A stretch of 64,000 nt of DNA from Kudoa neothunni (Eukaryota; Animalia; Cnidaria): NCBI GenBank assembly GCA_964304625.1, contig OZ199838.1, positions 14,751,907 to 14,815,906 on the forward strand, read 5' to 3'. Below, piece by piece: positions 36,679 through 50,652 of the stretch. The stretch's first letter is position 1. Each line of letters starts with the position of its first letter. The position numbers and the translations under genes were made by a program. The notes under the pieces are model-generated. The model was given only the letters and a program-made list of their open reading frames with translations. It was not told the origin of the DNA and did no database searches.

Positions 36679-37322
36679 TTATGCCTTTTTCATTTTGGAC
36701 AATGTATATGGAGAAAAATCCAAAAGCTTGGGTTGGCTTCAAAATATCAGGATAACCTTGATTTTTGTCTTTATAGGGGTTTTCAAGCTTTATCGCCAAT
36801 TTGTCAAGCAATTATGTCGATTCTTATTCGAATGATTCTTCCGTAAAACAATTCATAGATTATTTTGTCAAAAATTTTATCAAACATTTCAAGTATGAGC
36901 GTATTCAATGGAACGCCTATGAAAGAATAATGGAAGACATAATCTAACTTCAAATGTTGCCGAAATATTTCACCATCACTTTTATGCTCGATTCAAGCAA
37001 TCTCATTCTGATATGGTAACCTTTGTCGAAAAACTGTTACAAACTCAAAGTGTTGTGGATACAGACATAATTGTTTTGTTTTGCAATCCACACTCAAATA
37101 AAAATTCAAAATATAAGGACAAATTAAGGAAACTTAAAGATGTTTGCTCCAATTACGGTCGATATTATGAAACAATATCCAAAATATATAATTGGAAAAT
37201 GGGATAGGTAGGTATATAAATATATATGCATTTAATTTATTATTTTTATTGGTTTTTTAAATACTTTTATCGTGTCAATATATTCATGCGCGCGCAACTA
37301 TGTGTAGACAAGTTTTCGCTAT
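35758..37322 (+). mobile_element. Mutator-like (MULE) transposon with FLYWCH domain, pseudogenised transposase
   Basis: TIRs ATGGCGAAAACTCGCCTGCA / ATAGCGAAAACTTGTCTACA (reverse complement). Frameshifted YWRC...CKGRL...HNH, EGTFKVTPKEFEQLYIIHG, PLVYVLM and CLFHFGQCIWRKIQ; catalytic Asp positions read E (DGTF) and N (DFE). Confidence 0.9.
36647..36677. repeat. (AT)n microsatellite inside the MULE transposase (reads IYIYIY in frame)
   Basis: Direct observation. Confidence 0.95.
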
Positions 37323-38717
37323 GCGAATGTAAGATGAAACGAAGAAATATCTTTCATTTTAAATGGATGTTACGCATAAGTTACTTAAAAAAATAATAAA
37401 TAATAACATAGTAATGCATAATTATTTGTTAAAGTAAGCGGAAAAAAGTTTTAACATAAAAATAATGATTATATATCAACTTGTATGAACTGACGTTACC
37501 GAAGAGATTACTATTTTCATATTGATAGCGAATAAAAACTTCTCTATTATATAAACGATCAAACTTACGTAATAATTTGATAATATAGTAGATTATTTGG
37601 TTTTTGTTAGGAGTATACCGTCAAAAAATTAAATCTCAAGATATATCTAATGATAATTTTAATACTGCATAAATGGTTGCATCAACTCCGTTATTATCGG
37701 TTGAATAAGTACCACTAACTATTTTTATGCTTTGGTTGGTTTCTACGATTTTTTAAGACTGCGGAGCTAAAAATCGGTTTTGTTATCTCCAAAAAGCACT
37801 ATAAAAGACGATATTTTTCATTGCCATTAAAAGATAAAAAATATTATGACGTTCTTGTTGACATTTAGTTTAACTCTTCTATGTATTTTATGTTGACTTA
37901 ACTCTATTAATTAATTTTAGACGCTATGAGTGTGATAAATCATGATCCAAATGCAAACGTAATATTAGATATTGAATCACACAAAGCGTTCTCAATTTTA
38001 TTTATATTTACACAGTTTTCATTGCACAATTTGGCAACAATACAACTAAATGAAACATTCAGAAATCTATATAGGATTTACTCCCCAAGTCATTTGCATG
38101 TAAACCTCGAAATTATCTAAAATAAAACGCATAAAAATATTTATGTGTAGAGGTACTTTATCAGTAAAGTTAGATTAGATTTAAGAAGATTTGTAAACAA
38201 TTACCCGGAACCGAGTCGAATTTGTGGGATCTATGCTGAATGTCTTGGAACTTTAAGTATAATGAATTGACCAAAATAATTCTAATTGATTAAATATATT
38301 TTAGTAATTACATTTAATCATCCACGATCTACTTTTCCATGCATTGTAAAAGTTGCTTTAGAAATTTACTTTTGATAGAATGATAGGGGATCGAATATAT
38401 CAATTGTGTTAGCCATGCAAAGCAATTTAACCCTCCGCTAAATGATGTACATTATAATATGCTAAAAAACACTCTGATATAATTTTTCTGAATTTAAATC
38501 TAAAAATATGTAACTTTTTTATAGTATCGAAGACAATGTTACGAGGTATCAGCGGAGTATTGTGAGGTATGTTGTTACTATTGGATTTATTAAAACAAAT
38601 AATCCTTCTAAAGTTCAATATCGATTATTAATGAAAAGTCACTTAACAATATGATTATTATTACTAATTATGAAGTTATGCATTAAGATTCTAATTTTTA
38701 GGGAATTATGAGGCACA

Positions 38718-38762
38718 TTTATGAGCAATTCATCTCCGGCTGAAAGGAATTATGATGTTTAT
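38718..38762 (+). mobile_element. Tiny Ty3/gypsy RNase H relic
   Basis: Translates FMSNSSPAERNYDVY, matching the SPAERNY motif of gypsy RNase H. No flanking pol sequence. Confidence 0.35.
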
Positions 38763-38895
38763 CAATTAACGACACAAATATTTTACAAATACTCGGCTAT
38801 AAAATTTTTCCATAGTTGTTCATTTGTCTTTTTTGCAGAAAGAAAATAGTGTACCTTATTTATTGTTTGATAGCAGATCTAAAACTTTTGGCATT

Positions 38896-40679
38896 GGCTA
38901 TTTTCACGGTAAAGAATATCTCCTAGAATAGCTGAGATATTACAAACCTGATTTCACATTTGTGTTAAGCTATTTTTTGTTTCCTTGGAAGTAAAGTTTC
39001 ATAAAGTTATATTTTTATAAAAATTCGCAGGTGAGTTTGAGCATTAAATCGTGGTTCGTTCTTTAAATCCGCCTACGTATAAGCCTTTTATTTAAAATAA
39101 TACATAGTGAAGCTTTTATTTTGAGGTGAAAATGCTTTTTAAATATTCTATGTGCTTGTTGAATTTAAGTTGCGCATGATTTCTCCATTGCGCTTACTTA
39201 ACAGATGCGATGCTCTGGGTAGTCGATTAAATAAAATAAAACGTTATAAATGTTGTTAACCTTATTTAAAATTATGTATTTCTTTTTTAAAATGTATTGA
39301 CATATGTATATTGCTACTGCATCTCACAGATCATCCGACGACTAATATTTATTTAATATTTCACGAGGCTATATTTAAACTAAATTATACTTAAATGGTG
39401 ATAGATATTTTAAATTTTCCATTATTTTTACATCATAATTTCACTTGTTTTTTGGATGCTCAATAATGTTATTCTATTACTATCGAATACATTAAATTTT
39501 GATGGAAAATTTATACCAATGAATGGTGGTTAGAAACCTTGGTTTCATTAAATATCCAAATAGTCACGATTTTACAATTCCTAATATTTGGCGCCTGAGA
39601 ATTCTTTAGACGGGATTGTGGTTAGCCATTTCAGATACTAAGGTTTATTCAAGTTTATATTGCTGGCATGTAATAAATCAATTTTAAATTTTATTTAAAT
39701 ATTCATTATCCGGAATAAACATTAATAAAAATTTTTAAATTTAAAATATTTGAGTAGCAATCTTACCTCAAGAGAAACTATACGCAACATTCTCTAAGTG
39801 TTATTTTCGTGTTATAGTCACGTTTCACCAAAATATTTTTAATGTCAAAATTTTGTAGATAAGTAAATTATTGCTATTACATTGAAATTTTCATGTCTTA
39901 CCATGATTCTTTATGACATTTTGATTGATTGGTGATTTTTTCTAGGCGAGGACTATGTAAGTTGCCGCTATACTTTTCTGAAAATAACGTTAATATTCAA
40001 CAAATATTAACAATTGTTTGGTAGCTTGTTAAAATATCGAAATTAATCCCTGTTTTAATTCCACCATTTCTTTATCAATTCTATGCGTTGATTATCAATG
40101 GGTACAAACTTTTCTCATTATACATTACTGTGGTTGATACAGAGAAAACCTCTTCGAATTCTATTTCATAAAGTTTGGTTTAAGGAACTACATTATTTTA
40201 AAATTTTAGGCATTAAATTTATATAGAAATTCTATAGTTAGATAAAAAATGATTTCTTACTCTCAAAATTCGAGAATTGGAAACTGTAAACATTATCATC
40301 TAAATTTATTGTACGTTAAACTCGCCAATTTTACATGAAATCCAACAAATACATTCGAAAATTCTTTTTAAAATCAACAGTTTTGCAGCATTGCAAACGA
40401 CGTTTCGCATGTATTAGACAAGGCTACCTTTGCAGGCTAGAACGCACGGCGTACGTGCTTCACGACTAAAACCCCTAAACTTAATAGAAGTATGGAAAAT
40501 GTCATTTTCATCATTTAAGAAATATTTCACACGCTAGCATATTTATGAATATGTGTATTATAAGTGAATTCAATAAATTTTGTATAAATGAGGAAATTCA
40601 CATAGATTTACACATTAATGAAATCAGTTTTGTAATATCTCAGCTAATCTAGGAGATATTCTTTACCGTAAGAATAGCT
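38896..40679. mobile_element. Non-autonomous element with ~60-80 bp TIRs
   Basis: GGCTATTTTCACGGTAAAGAATATCTCCTAGAATAGCTGAGATATTACAAACCTGATTTCA matches the reverse complement of 40619-40679 with 5 mismatches. Confidence 0.85.
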
Positions 40680-40899
40680 ACTACAACATTTTTTCTCAAT
40701 TAAAATTATAAATCTCCTGCGTTATATTTGGGCACGCGCTTGAGCGAAGGGGAAAATAGCGAGGTTTCTACGTGAGCATCTATAAATAATATAAATCGAT
40801 CATAAATATACTTTGTGAACATAAATTAATTAATCATCCATTTATAATTAAAAAATTTTTTGTGGATATATTTTTTGCTTCACATTTATGAATCAGGAT

Positions 40900-42282
40900 C
40901 AGGGGTTAGGAATAATTGATTGTTGTTGATAAAAATCAATTATTGATTTTGCAGTCAATTAATTTTGATTGTAATCAGTCAAAATCAATGATTACAATTA
41001 ATTTCAATTATTAAAATTTTTCCAAAGGTATATTTTCATACTAATTGTTAATATTTTCAATCAAACCCAAATCTAACTCAATATTTTAAATATATTTTAA
41101 TCAAAAAACTATTCAGTACAAGAACGTTTTACATTCGAGATAATAATCAAAACCCACATGATTAAAAAAGTTGAAGCTAGATTCTTATTTATCAAATCTA
41201 TCAGTCTTTAATATAAAAATCGAAATAAAAATTTCTAATAACTATATTTTCGTTATTATCATTATTTTCTTAATACGAATAAAAATATTTTTTCTAGTAA
41301 AACAAAAAAAAATTGTTTAACCCTAAAATTAAACTAATACATTAACGCAAAGCGTCAGTTTATACAGAAAACCTTATTAATGTCAATGATTTTAACGAAA
41401 ACACTTGTAATAAACGGTTAATCATTTTTATTATGTTCAATATTAATTGATCAAGGTTATAATTGATTCCGTCTTATATTATCGTCTATTATAGAAAAAT
41501 TAAATATAAAATCGAGACAAAAACATGGAACAATAATAAATGATACATGATACAATACTAGATCATAATACTACCGTAATATAATGATAAAGATAAGATA
41601 AGAGAAGAGAAGAGAAGACAAAAATACTTCAAATGTGTGAATTTTAAGAGATGATTCAATTTTTCGTTTCAAAAATCTAGACTTTTATTAAAAATATTTT
41701 ATCCGTATTGACCTAATAAATGTGAAAAGGAGATATTGAAGGTTTTTAATGTTGCATAAATTGATGGTCGAATCCAAAAATTCGTATTCAATTAATAACT
41801 TAGAAAGAGTAGAAACTTGTGCTAGAAATTTTTGGTTACATATTAATTGGAGTCTTAGTTGGTCAATATTTACATTAAATTAAATAATTATTTTAGATAT
41901 TAGAAGACTTTTAAGAATTAGTCGTTACGACCAACCAAAATTCGGTCATGTGAATCTGGCACTAGATATGAAGATGCATTGTTTAATCCAAATTAAGTTT
42001 AAAAATCAAAATATATTCACGCTATGATTATGAGAAATATCGTTTGTTTATAAAATATCTTTTAAAGGGTTTAGAAAAATAGACGTAGCTTACAATTTAA
42101 ATAAGAATGAAAATCGGACAATTATAAATCATTAAAAACATGATGTTGCGAAATTTAAAACACAAATGGATGGATTCAAAGATAAAAATAATTATAGTAA
42201 AAAAGAATTTTCATTATTTTGTATTAATTAAAATTATCATAATTGAGAGTAATTTTAGACCAATTAATTTTTTCCACCCTTG
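40900..42282. mobile_element. hAT-like non-autonomous element
   Basis: CAGGGGTTAGGAATAATTGATTG...CAATTAATTTTTTCCACCCTTG termini, repeated CAATT/AATTG subterminal motifs, near-identical flanks AATCAGGAT / ATTCAGGAT (TSD). Confidence 0.65.
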
Positions 42283-45200
42283 ATTCAGGATCCCTTTCAA
42301 TGTGTTAGTTTCCAAATAAATGTCAATATTATATTGTGACATTGTTAAAAACCTGTGAGTAGAGCTTAAATAGAAATATTCTGCGTCATTCTAGGTTAAA
42401 TCTATACCATTTAAGACACGAATATAAGCATTCCAGGCCTTAATGGAATATATTAATGGTAACATTAAATTTTTATAGTAATAAGTTATAGAGATTTGTT
42501 ACCTGACTATATAATACTTTTTAGAATAAATTATACATTTATCAGATTTATCTGTGGTGGTCTCTGGGGAATAAAAATAAAAGAGACGACAGGAACGGCA
42601 CGAATTTCGTTTAATAACAATTAAGCGGGTAACTAATTATTAAGTATGGCGATTTTACGCCCAGCCGTTTTTTATATCTTTTTACATTGGGGGAATTCAA
42701 AAAATATAAAACATCAAAATAATATAATCAAATATTACTCTAAAGTTCACGAAGTTAAATGAAAATGCAGATGACGCCTCAAAAATAGATAAATTCAAAT
42801 TCCAATGTTTTATGATAATTTTAGAAAGATTTTTAATTCTATTTGAATCAAACATCACTATAAGATGTAAATTAAAGTTTGACAATTTAATACAATTTTT
42901 CAAACGTTTAAATAAAACATTCTTTCTTTTAAATGCAGAAATTGTCCTGTTCAACAACATCTTCAACAAAAATATTGAAATGAGATCTGATAGACGATAT
43001 GATCGTATGTTTAGGTTGGAAAAGTACAGCAAAGGTTATCCTTAATTGATTTTCTCGAAAGATTTCTCTTTGTGAAGATTAACCTACTATTCCATTATAT
43101 TTTATCGGATCATTTTAAAATTCATAAAAACCTCATAATGATATCGTTTGAATAAAAGAAACAAATCATTTTTTATTTTCTAATAAAACAATCCACAAGG
43201 AAAGTGGATTGTATTTTTATCAAAAGTGCTCGTTGACTTAGATTCTAAGACTACTCAGACATGAGACAGACTATATTTCTATACTTTTTTTATACCATGC
43301 TGAATCCATTTTGGTCAATAGATAATCAAATAATGATTTAAATAATAAATTAAAGTTTGGAATTAGGAAATAATTAAGTCTTTAGGAAATTCAATTTCAA
43401 CTCAATAATTTTGACATCCAAATTATTCAACAGAATACAGATAATTTCTGATGCAATTATCATCAGTTTTGGATCTGGCTTCAAAAAATCGAGGGTCGAG
43501 ATTATAGGGATTATCCTCTAGTTCGAAGAGATTAAGTCAGTGTATTATCAAGATTGTGTGATTCGGTCACAGTGGATTTTTGTAATCAATGTTAGGAGAA
43601 ATTTTCTTATCTAAATTCAGCAGAGAATTATTTTTTTGAATAAATTATTTTATTTCTTTTAAAATATCAGCTGAACTACTCTAATACAGTATCTGTGTAC
43701 GAACTTCGGGCGGTGTCGCATACAAAATCTGAAACAAAGTCGTTTCCTACAATTCGTCCTGTTAATTCACTTCTTATTCAAGCGTTTTTTAAATTTTGTT
43801 CCTATCACTAAAAATTACATTATGTAATTAAATTCAGATCAGAATGAATTAACCCATATGCTAGAAATAAATCTTAAGTAGAGCACATTAGGATTCACAT
43901 GGAATCTCTGTTATTGATAAATACATCAAAAAATTATTATTTCTCCATAAGTTTAACAAATTCAAAATCTTTAATTGTTTACTGATTTTTTTTTATTTGT
44001 ATCTGTTAGTAATAAGTTTGTAAATGTTCAATCTTGTGACTTCGTATTTAAAAAACAGAACTTTCCTATTTGTTCTATTCAAAATTAGAACGAAAATTTT
44101 TCAATTTAACGATGATACTCCAAAATGTGTATTTTAGTTTATAAATTTTTTTTCATAGTTGATTCACGATTAAAAAAATGTTATAACAATATTTGTTCAG
44201 AAATTCAAACATGACAATTTTTAATCTATTTTAATGTTAGGGCTTCCAAATGGTTCTAGTTTAACATAGAATACACTGAAAGCTTCTATAACAACCTATT
44301 ATCGGCCTAGATGTTTCAAGAACATTCTGGATCCTAAATTCCATATATAAGCAGCTTTATAGATATACATATAGTTGTATTAATAACAATGGTGTCTTGT
44401 CTTAACATTTAATAAGTATCTTTTTATCTATATACATTAGTAACCACAAACAAAAATATTCAATAATTATTTTTTAATTAAATAAACTTTAGAGTGAAGC
44501 AATCGTCACAAATCAGAATATACGATTTTTAAGCATTTTAAGTGAAATTATTTATGGATGTTAAAAAGTCAAAAGCATTTTTTTACAATTTATCTCAACA
44601 ATATAAATATAAACATTTATTACCTATTTTTTGAATACGAAGTAAAATATTACGTCATATTTTAGAATCTACTTCAATATATAATCACCATCGATTTTTT
44701 CAAGACCTAGTCTTGAAGCAATAAAGCGTAGGTAAGCCCCAAAATAAATAAAAAATTATCCGAAAATTGGAATATAATTTCAATCTTAATATAATAATTT
44801 TATAAAAAAGAGATTTGCGCATTTGAGGAATTTGCACTAAATTTTATAGAAATTTTAAACTATTTTAACAAAAATTAAATTATCTAAAAATTTCCGCACA
44901 TCCTACATCTTTTTTAGAATTCGTGCAGTGCGGCAGAATCATTCCTTTGTGGCAAAAATATATAATCTTAAATTATACGATTGTTTAAAATGACCATAAC
45001 CTTTGTTTCTAAAGTGTATGTTTTGTGCTTAAAAAATGACTATAATTAACAAAATTGGCGAATGCCTCAAACATTAAATGGACTTCAATATCTCCTGTTA
45101 GATGTTGTAAAATTGCTCCCAACGGCATATTTAACATTTTCGGAGCATTCTATATCTTAACAAACACTTTCTTCTTGTATACAAATTGTGAAACTTCATT

Positions 45201-46024
45201 TGAATTGATTTTTACTCTAAAATAAACAAACATTCATCCTTCTCAGGTACTTTTTAATCTGTTATGTTAAAAAATAGATCGAAAATTCCTTGCTTTACGT
45301 AAGAATATTGATTATGTGAATATTTTTAAGGGAACCAATGAATTTCGGTAATCATTTGATCCTTTCAAATGTATACAAAAAATTCAGATAAATAATATCT
45401 TACTCTCGGCAATGCATACTGCTGCAAAGCTCACAAACACAATTAGAACAATTATATATATATATATATAAATTCTAACTTTTTGTAATGAATATCTATT
45501 TAAAATAATTTTTCAAGAGTTAATCAATGCGCTTCTTTAACAGAGATTTATTTAATGGGAAAAATTATAATTTTTTCAAAAATTAAACTATTAATATCCC
45601 TATATCGTCAAAACCATCTAGTATGTAGATACAAAAAACCTCTATTTATCACACGAAAACTAATGTAGTAATGATCCTCCCATAAACAAAAGAACACAAA
45701 ACATCAACATTCAATATTTCATTAGATAATGCTCCTATAAGAGTTTACTATAATTTTAGCACTTAAATAAAGTAATGTTTAGCTAGACAAAGATTAAATT
45801 GTCACCGTAACAGCAGAAGCTAACAAAGTTAATTAGCGTGAGGATAATTTCAATAAAAACTTTCAACACATAGTTTCAATTAAGTATTAATTATGAAGGT
45901 GTTAAAAATATCGAATCACAGGTCAAAACATCATCTGTGAAAATAGAATAGTTGAAGTAGAGTATCAAATAATTGAAGCTGTAACTGGGAAAAAAGTTAT
46001 TGATGCTTAAACGCCGCATCAAAA

Positions 46025-48129
46025 ATGAATTACTGCGAAAAAATATTGTTATACGTGGTTGTAGTATTTTTCTACACATTCACATTAATATCTCAACAAA
46101 CTCACAATGATAAGAACTTGAAAGCATCAAAAGTGAATATTATGGAAAGTATTCGTGATGAGGAAGTGAATACTTCTCATCGGACTGACAGTCTGAGTAT
46201 GTTGATACTGATAACTCTATTGATTATATCGGTATTTTTTGCTTGGTTGTTTCGAGTAAAACACTTCAAATACATGCACGAAACAGGAATATCGATGTTG
46301 TTGGGTATAGTTGCGGGTGGAATTATTAGATTGGTTTTGTATATGGCTACGATGAATGAAAACCCACCACTCAACATAGTGACGGTGCATTTGAAAAATG
46401 ATGATAATTTGGTGGCAGCACCAGCCAAAATACTGATGAACATTTCCAAAGTAGAATACATTTATTCGTTGTCCGGTAAAGCACCTCAATATGGAGCTAA
46501 AGTTGTTGATGTGGAGCAAATCGAAGAAAAGTCCACGTTCAACCCAGAAATATTTTTCTACGTGCTCCTGCCTCCAATTGTATTCTATGCGGGCTATCAA
46601 CTACATCGAAGTTATTTTTTTCGTAATATTGGGGCAATAATTACGTTGGCTTTTGCTGGTACAATTATCAGTAGTTTTTCCGTTGGAGGTCTCACCTATA
46701 TCTACGCCAACTATATTCATTATATTGAAAATTTTTCGTTATCAGAAGGGATGTTATTTGGTGCGGTAATATCGGCTACCGATCCAGTTACTGTACTGGC
46801 AATATTTGATGAGCTCAAAGTGGATGTTAACCTACATGCCTTAGTTTTTGGTGAAAGTGTATTCAATGATGCTGTTGCAATCGTGCTGTATCGCACCGTA
46901 CAATCATTCATGCTTTCTGGAATTAACACAGTGGCCAATAAGCCGATCACAGTTGCCGCAATTGTAGATGCTGTTTTTGAATTTTCCAAGGTTTTCCTTG
47001 GTAGTCTTTTTATTGGAACTAGTGTGGCTCTTCTTACAGCTATTCTAACCAAAGCCACACGAATTGACAAATATCCTCTTCAAGAGGTAGCACTGCTGAT
47101 TCTAATGGCGTACACAACATTTTTGTTGGCTGAAGTGGCTTCGTGGTCTGGCATAGTTGCTCTGCTATTCTGTGGAATCACCTACAAACATTACACCTAT
47201 ATCAATATGTCATCGTCTACTGCATTGCGACTTGTGCAACTTCTGGAGCTGGTCAACTTTTTAGCCGAAACATTCATTTTCTCCTACATAGGACTAAGTG
47301 TGTTTTTGTTCAACGATCATTGTTGGAATTGGGGTTTTATTTTGTGGACAATTTTTGTAATTCAAGTACCTCTACTTATATCACTGCTGCTGTCACCTAA
47401 CTTGCGTTTTCTATTTTTCTATCACAAATCCAAATTTCACTTAAATTTTTCCACTCATTACCATCACTTTGCTTTAGATTTCACGTATAATACATATTTA
47501 TCCGTTGTGTGGATTACTCAATATAAAGAAAGATCCACCCATTCCTTGCAGTTTTCAACATGCACTTTCTTGGTCGGGCTTGAGAGGGGCTATGGCTTTC
47601 GCGTTAGCAATAAGAAACACATCTACCCCCGTTCGACGACTCCAATTAACATCCACCCTATCTTGTGTGATATTTTCCGTCATTGTGCAAGGTGGGTTAA
47701 CCGGGAAAATAATATCGCTTCTCAAAATAAAGACAGGAATCATTCATGTGAGTATTTTTGTTGGTGCACCAACATCACATTCAAACATATATGTGTATAT
47801 AGGAAACCGAGCAAGAAAAGGAAACGAAACAGTTCGCCATCACCAACATCATTGAAACTGATGAACTTGACCGAAAAACCGCAAGAAAAATTCTTACTGA
47901 ACGATACGGGATCGGCGACACTGATGCTGAAAATCTACTGAATCAAACTAGTAGATCAACCGGAAAAGGGAATGCTAGAGATATCTTGTTGGTAGCTATG
48001 GAAAAAGCTGAACCCCCATTTGTACATGTCCCCACCAACCTTATCCGGCTTTTCAAATGGCTTGATAACAACTATATCAAGCCGGCATTAACCAAATATC
48101 ATCCACTACCAAAAAATGATCAGTCCTAG
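46025..48129 (+). CDS. Endosomal/Golgi Na+/H+ exchanger (NHE6/7/9, SLC9A6/7/9 family); exons 46025-47365, 47478-47747, 47803-48129
   Basis: MHETG, FFYVLLPPIVFYAGY, FFRNIGAI, ISATDPVTVLAIF, FGESVFNDAVAIV, AETFIFSYIG. After splicing 47366-47477: SGLRGAMAFALAIRNT...LKIKTG. After splicing 47748-47802: a tail with FKWLDNNYIKPALT. Confidence 0.95.
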
Positions 48130-48271
48130 CTGATATTTTAGAATTTTTAATTGGATTAAATTTGTTATTTTTTGTGTGATAAAGAATGTACGAGTACATG
48201 CGGAAAATTGCGATGTCAAATTAGCGTAGTTAACTCCGTGAAATACACGACTGACAACGATTGAGTCGTTT

Positions 48272-49331
48272 ATGGGGTCTGAGGAAGAAATAGCTCAGTC
48301 TGCAAATGGAGGGTCGATTTATCAGCGTGTTAAGTCTAAGAAAAAACAATCCCACCCGCACACTAGTAGTTTGGCTGACAATTGTAACAATTTGACAAAC
48401 GCTTCAAATACCGATTCAATCATTAATAATTCTTCAAATAAACCCACATCAGCTCTTTTCGAATATCCCAACGAAATCACACTTAATCTTATGGAAGAAA
48501 TTCTTCTATGCGGACTCAAAGATGCCGAAGTATGGCTGTCTTTTTGGAAATAAGCATTTTCTACGGTTGGCAGTTGTTTTTCTAATGTGTGATCCATAGG
48601 GTTACACATCATTGTGGAATGACACAATTTCTATTGCACTTCGTGGTGCAGCTCTTGTCGAACTGGCTCTCGAAGGAAGAATCGAACTGGATCAATCGTA
48701 TTCTCGTCGCATACCTTATGGTGAGCGTGTGGTTGTGGTAAAAAGTTCGAAAAATGTTGGCAACCACTTATTGGATGAAATTCTCTCTATTATGGCTAGT
48801 GCAACCGAGCCAATATCACTTTCTGATTGGCTTTCCTATCTGTCTGGTGAAACATGGAACCCTTTCAAATTGACTTTTCAAGTGAGACGATTTCGCGATA
48901 GACTCTCCAAAACCTTAACCGAAAAAAGGGTGCTCCTACCACAGCAACAAGATTATGTGATTTTTAGTGTTACAACCTACCCCGTGTGTAATATTGCGGT
49001 GAAATCTGCACTGATAAGTCGTATCAAAGATCTGCTACTCTTCGGGTGGGATGACCAACTCTATTTGAAAAATATTAGAGACTATTGTCTGGTTGCGCTT
49101 GCTTATGCTGCCAATGTCATCGATAATGTCCTGTTTGCACTACCAAATGAAGACTATCTACGTGGAACCGAGGTTGTTTCAAAAGTTGCAAACAATGATC
49201 TCACTGACACAATTCGTAACCTCACCTCCCAACTACACAAAAGTGATGCCAAGGAACAAACGTCTGCGTTGAACGTAAAAAAACTTGAAATAATCCTTGC
49301 GATAATTCAAGTTTTATGCCATGAAACTTAG
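48272..49331 (+). CDS. GOLPH3: Golgi phosphoprotein 3 / Vps74 family; exons 48272-48529, 48600-49331
   Basis: LNLMEEILLCGLKDAE|GYTSLWNDTISIALRG, LSGETWNPFKL, VRRFRDRLSKTLTEK; one GT-AG intron. Confidence 0.95.
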
Positions 49332-50652
49332 CATTCTAATGTTTTTATAATCAGTTTTTATTGTCTCTGATGAAATTGTAACCTATTTCCCTGGATTATT
49401 GTTATCGATTTATTCCATATCTTCCTTGCGCGAACAACTTTTCTATTTTGCCTCATTATTTACATGACGACAAACTTTTTTTGAAAATCTGTACATTGGT
49501 CCGTAAGTTATGAGGTGGCAAGTTCCAATCCCGTTATAGTCGCAGCTTCCGGGCTGTTTGTTCCTACTAAATGACGGAAGTTTTTGATAAGGCAGAGGAC
49601 TATTGGCAGTGGAAATAATATTCAGGTGTCACTAGATTTAGTTAAATTATACTTGTATATTTTTAAGATTGGTTAATGCACACTTTTTCGGGAATTCAAG
49701 ATTTCCATGTCAAAAGCCAGTGCCTTCAAAAATGATGTCAATATAGATGTATCGAATGCGCACTTGCTTAGGTATAAATATAAAAAATATTAAATTATCT
49801 CTTAAAAATAATCATTTAATAATGTGTTTTTCGTTTCATTTAATGTTGTCTGATATTTCTTCCACTACAAATTATTATTTCGGCGAGTCTGTCAGGTTTT
49901 CATAGTAAATAGCTTGGTGAACTTCGATTAAGGAAAATCCCAGTTTTCGAACATTTAACTCTCGAACATCTGAGGAAAAAAGTTGCGCGAATACTCGGAG
50001 ATGGCAACACGCAAAAATGAATTAAAATAATAAAAATAAATTAATGCTGCATTTTTGTGACGTTGATTTGCGCAATTTCTAAGAACAGGAATAATTTTGC
50101 TTGTATCTACTTTGAATAGCGTGAAAAACTAGAGATAAACGGTTTTATTATTGGTTCAATTTTCACATTTTCTCTTTCTATTATTATTTTAACAGCTAAG
50201 GTTTCGTTTTAATCTCAAAATACATGATTTCATTGTGAAATCTCTTCCCCTGTTGACAGAAACGTTAAATGTATATAGTCTAAGAATTTTTAAGATATGA
50301 TAAGATGGTCTATGTGAAACTTTAAACAACTATATTTAACTTTCTACTTTTTGTTGATATGTATTTTACAAAAATTACTATAATATGTGCGATTCCCATG
50401 CCAGATTTAATTAGTTGAAATAATCAAGTTGTTATAGAAACAAAAAAACTAATTTCAAAAATTCCTTGCTTTAAAGTACATTCACAATTTTTATTTCACT
50501 GCCGAGAAGCTTTTTTATATATTTTAACTATTTAAACATTATTTATACGAATGTCACGGTACGTTGAGCATGTTCGGTATTCGTGTAACTTTTTTTCTTT
50601 TTTTAATTTTAAGTGAAATTATGAAACGTAAAACTCCATTAGCGAAATATTT

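Noticed and set aside
42697-44400. Overlapping AT-rich ORFs and coding-like debris
   Set aside because: Frequent stops, no motif and no consistent splice model.
11323-48627. Antisense ORFs over ThrRS, MDH, NHE and GOLPH3 in the ORF track
   Set aside because: They are shadow frames of GC-richer coding sequence with no independent motifs.
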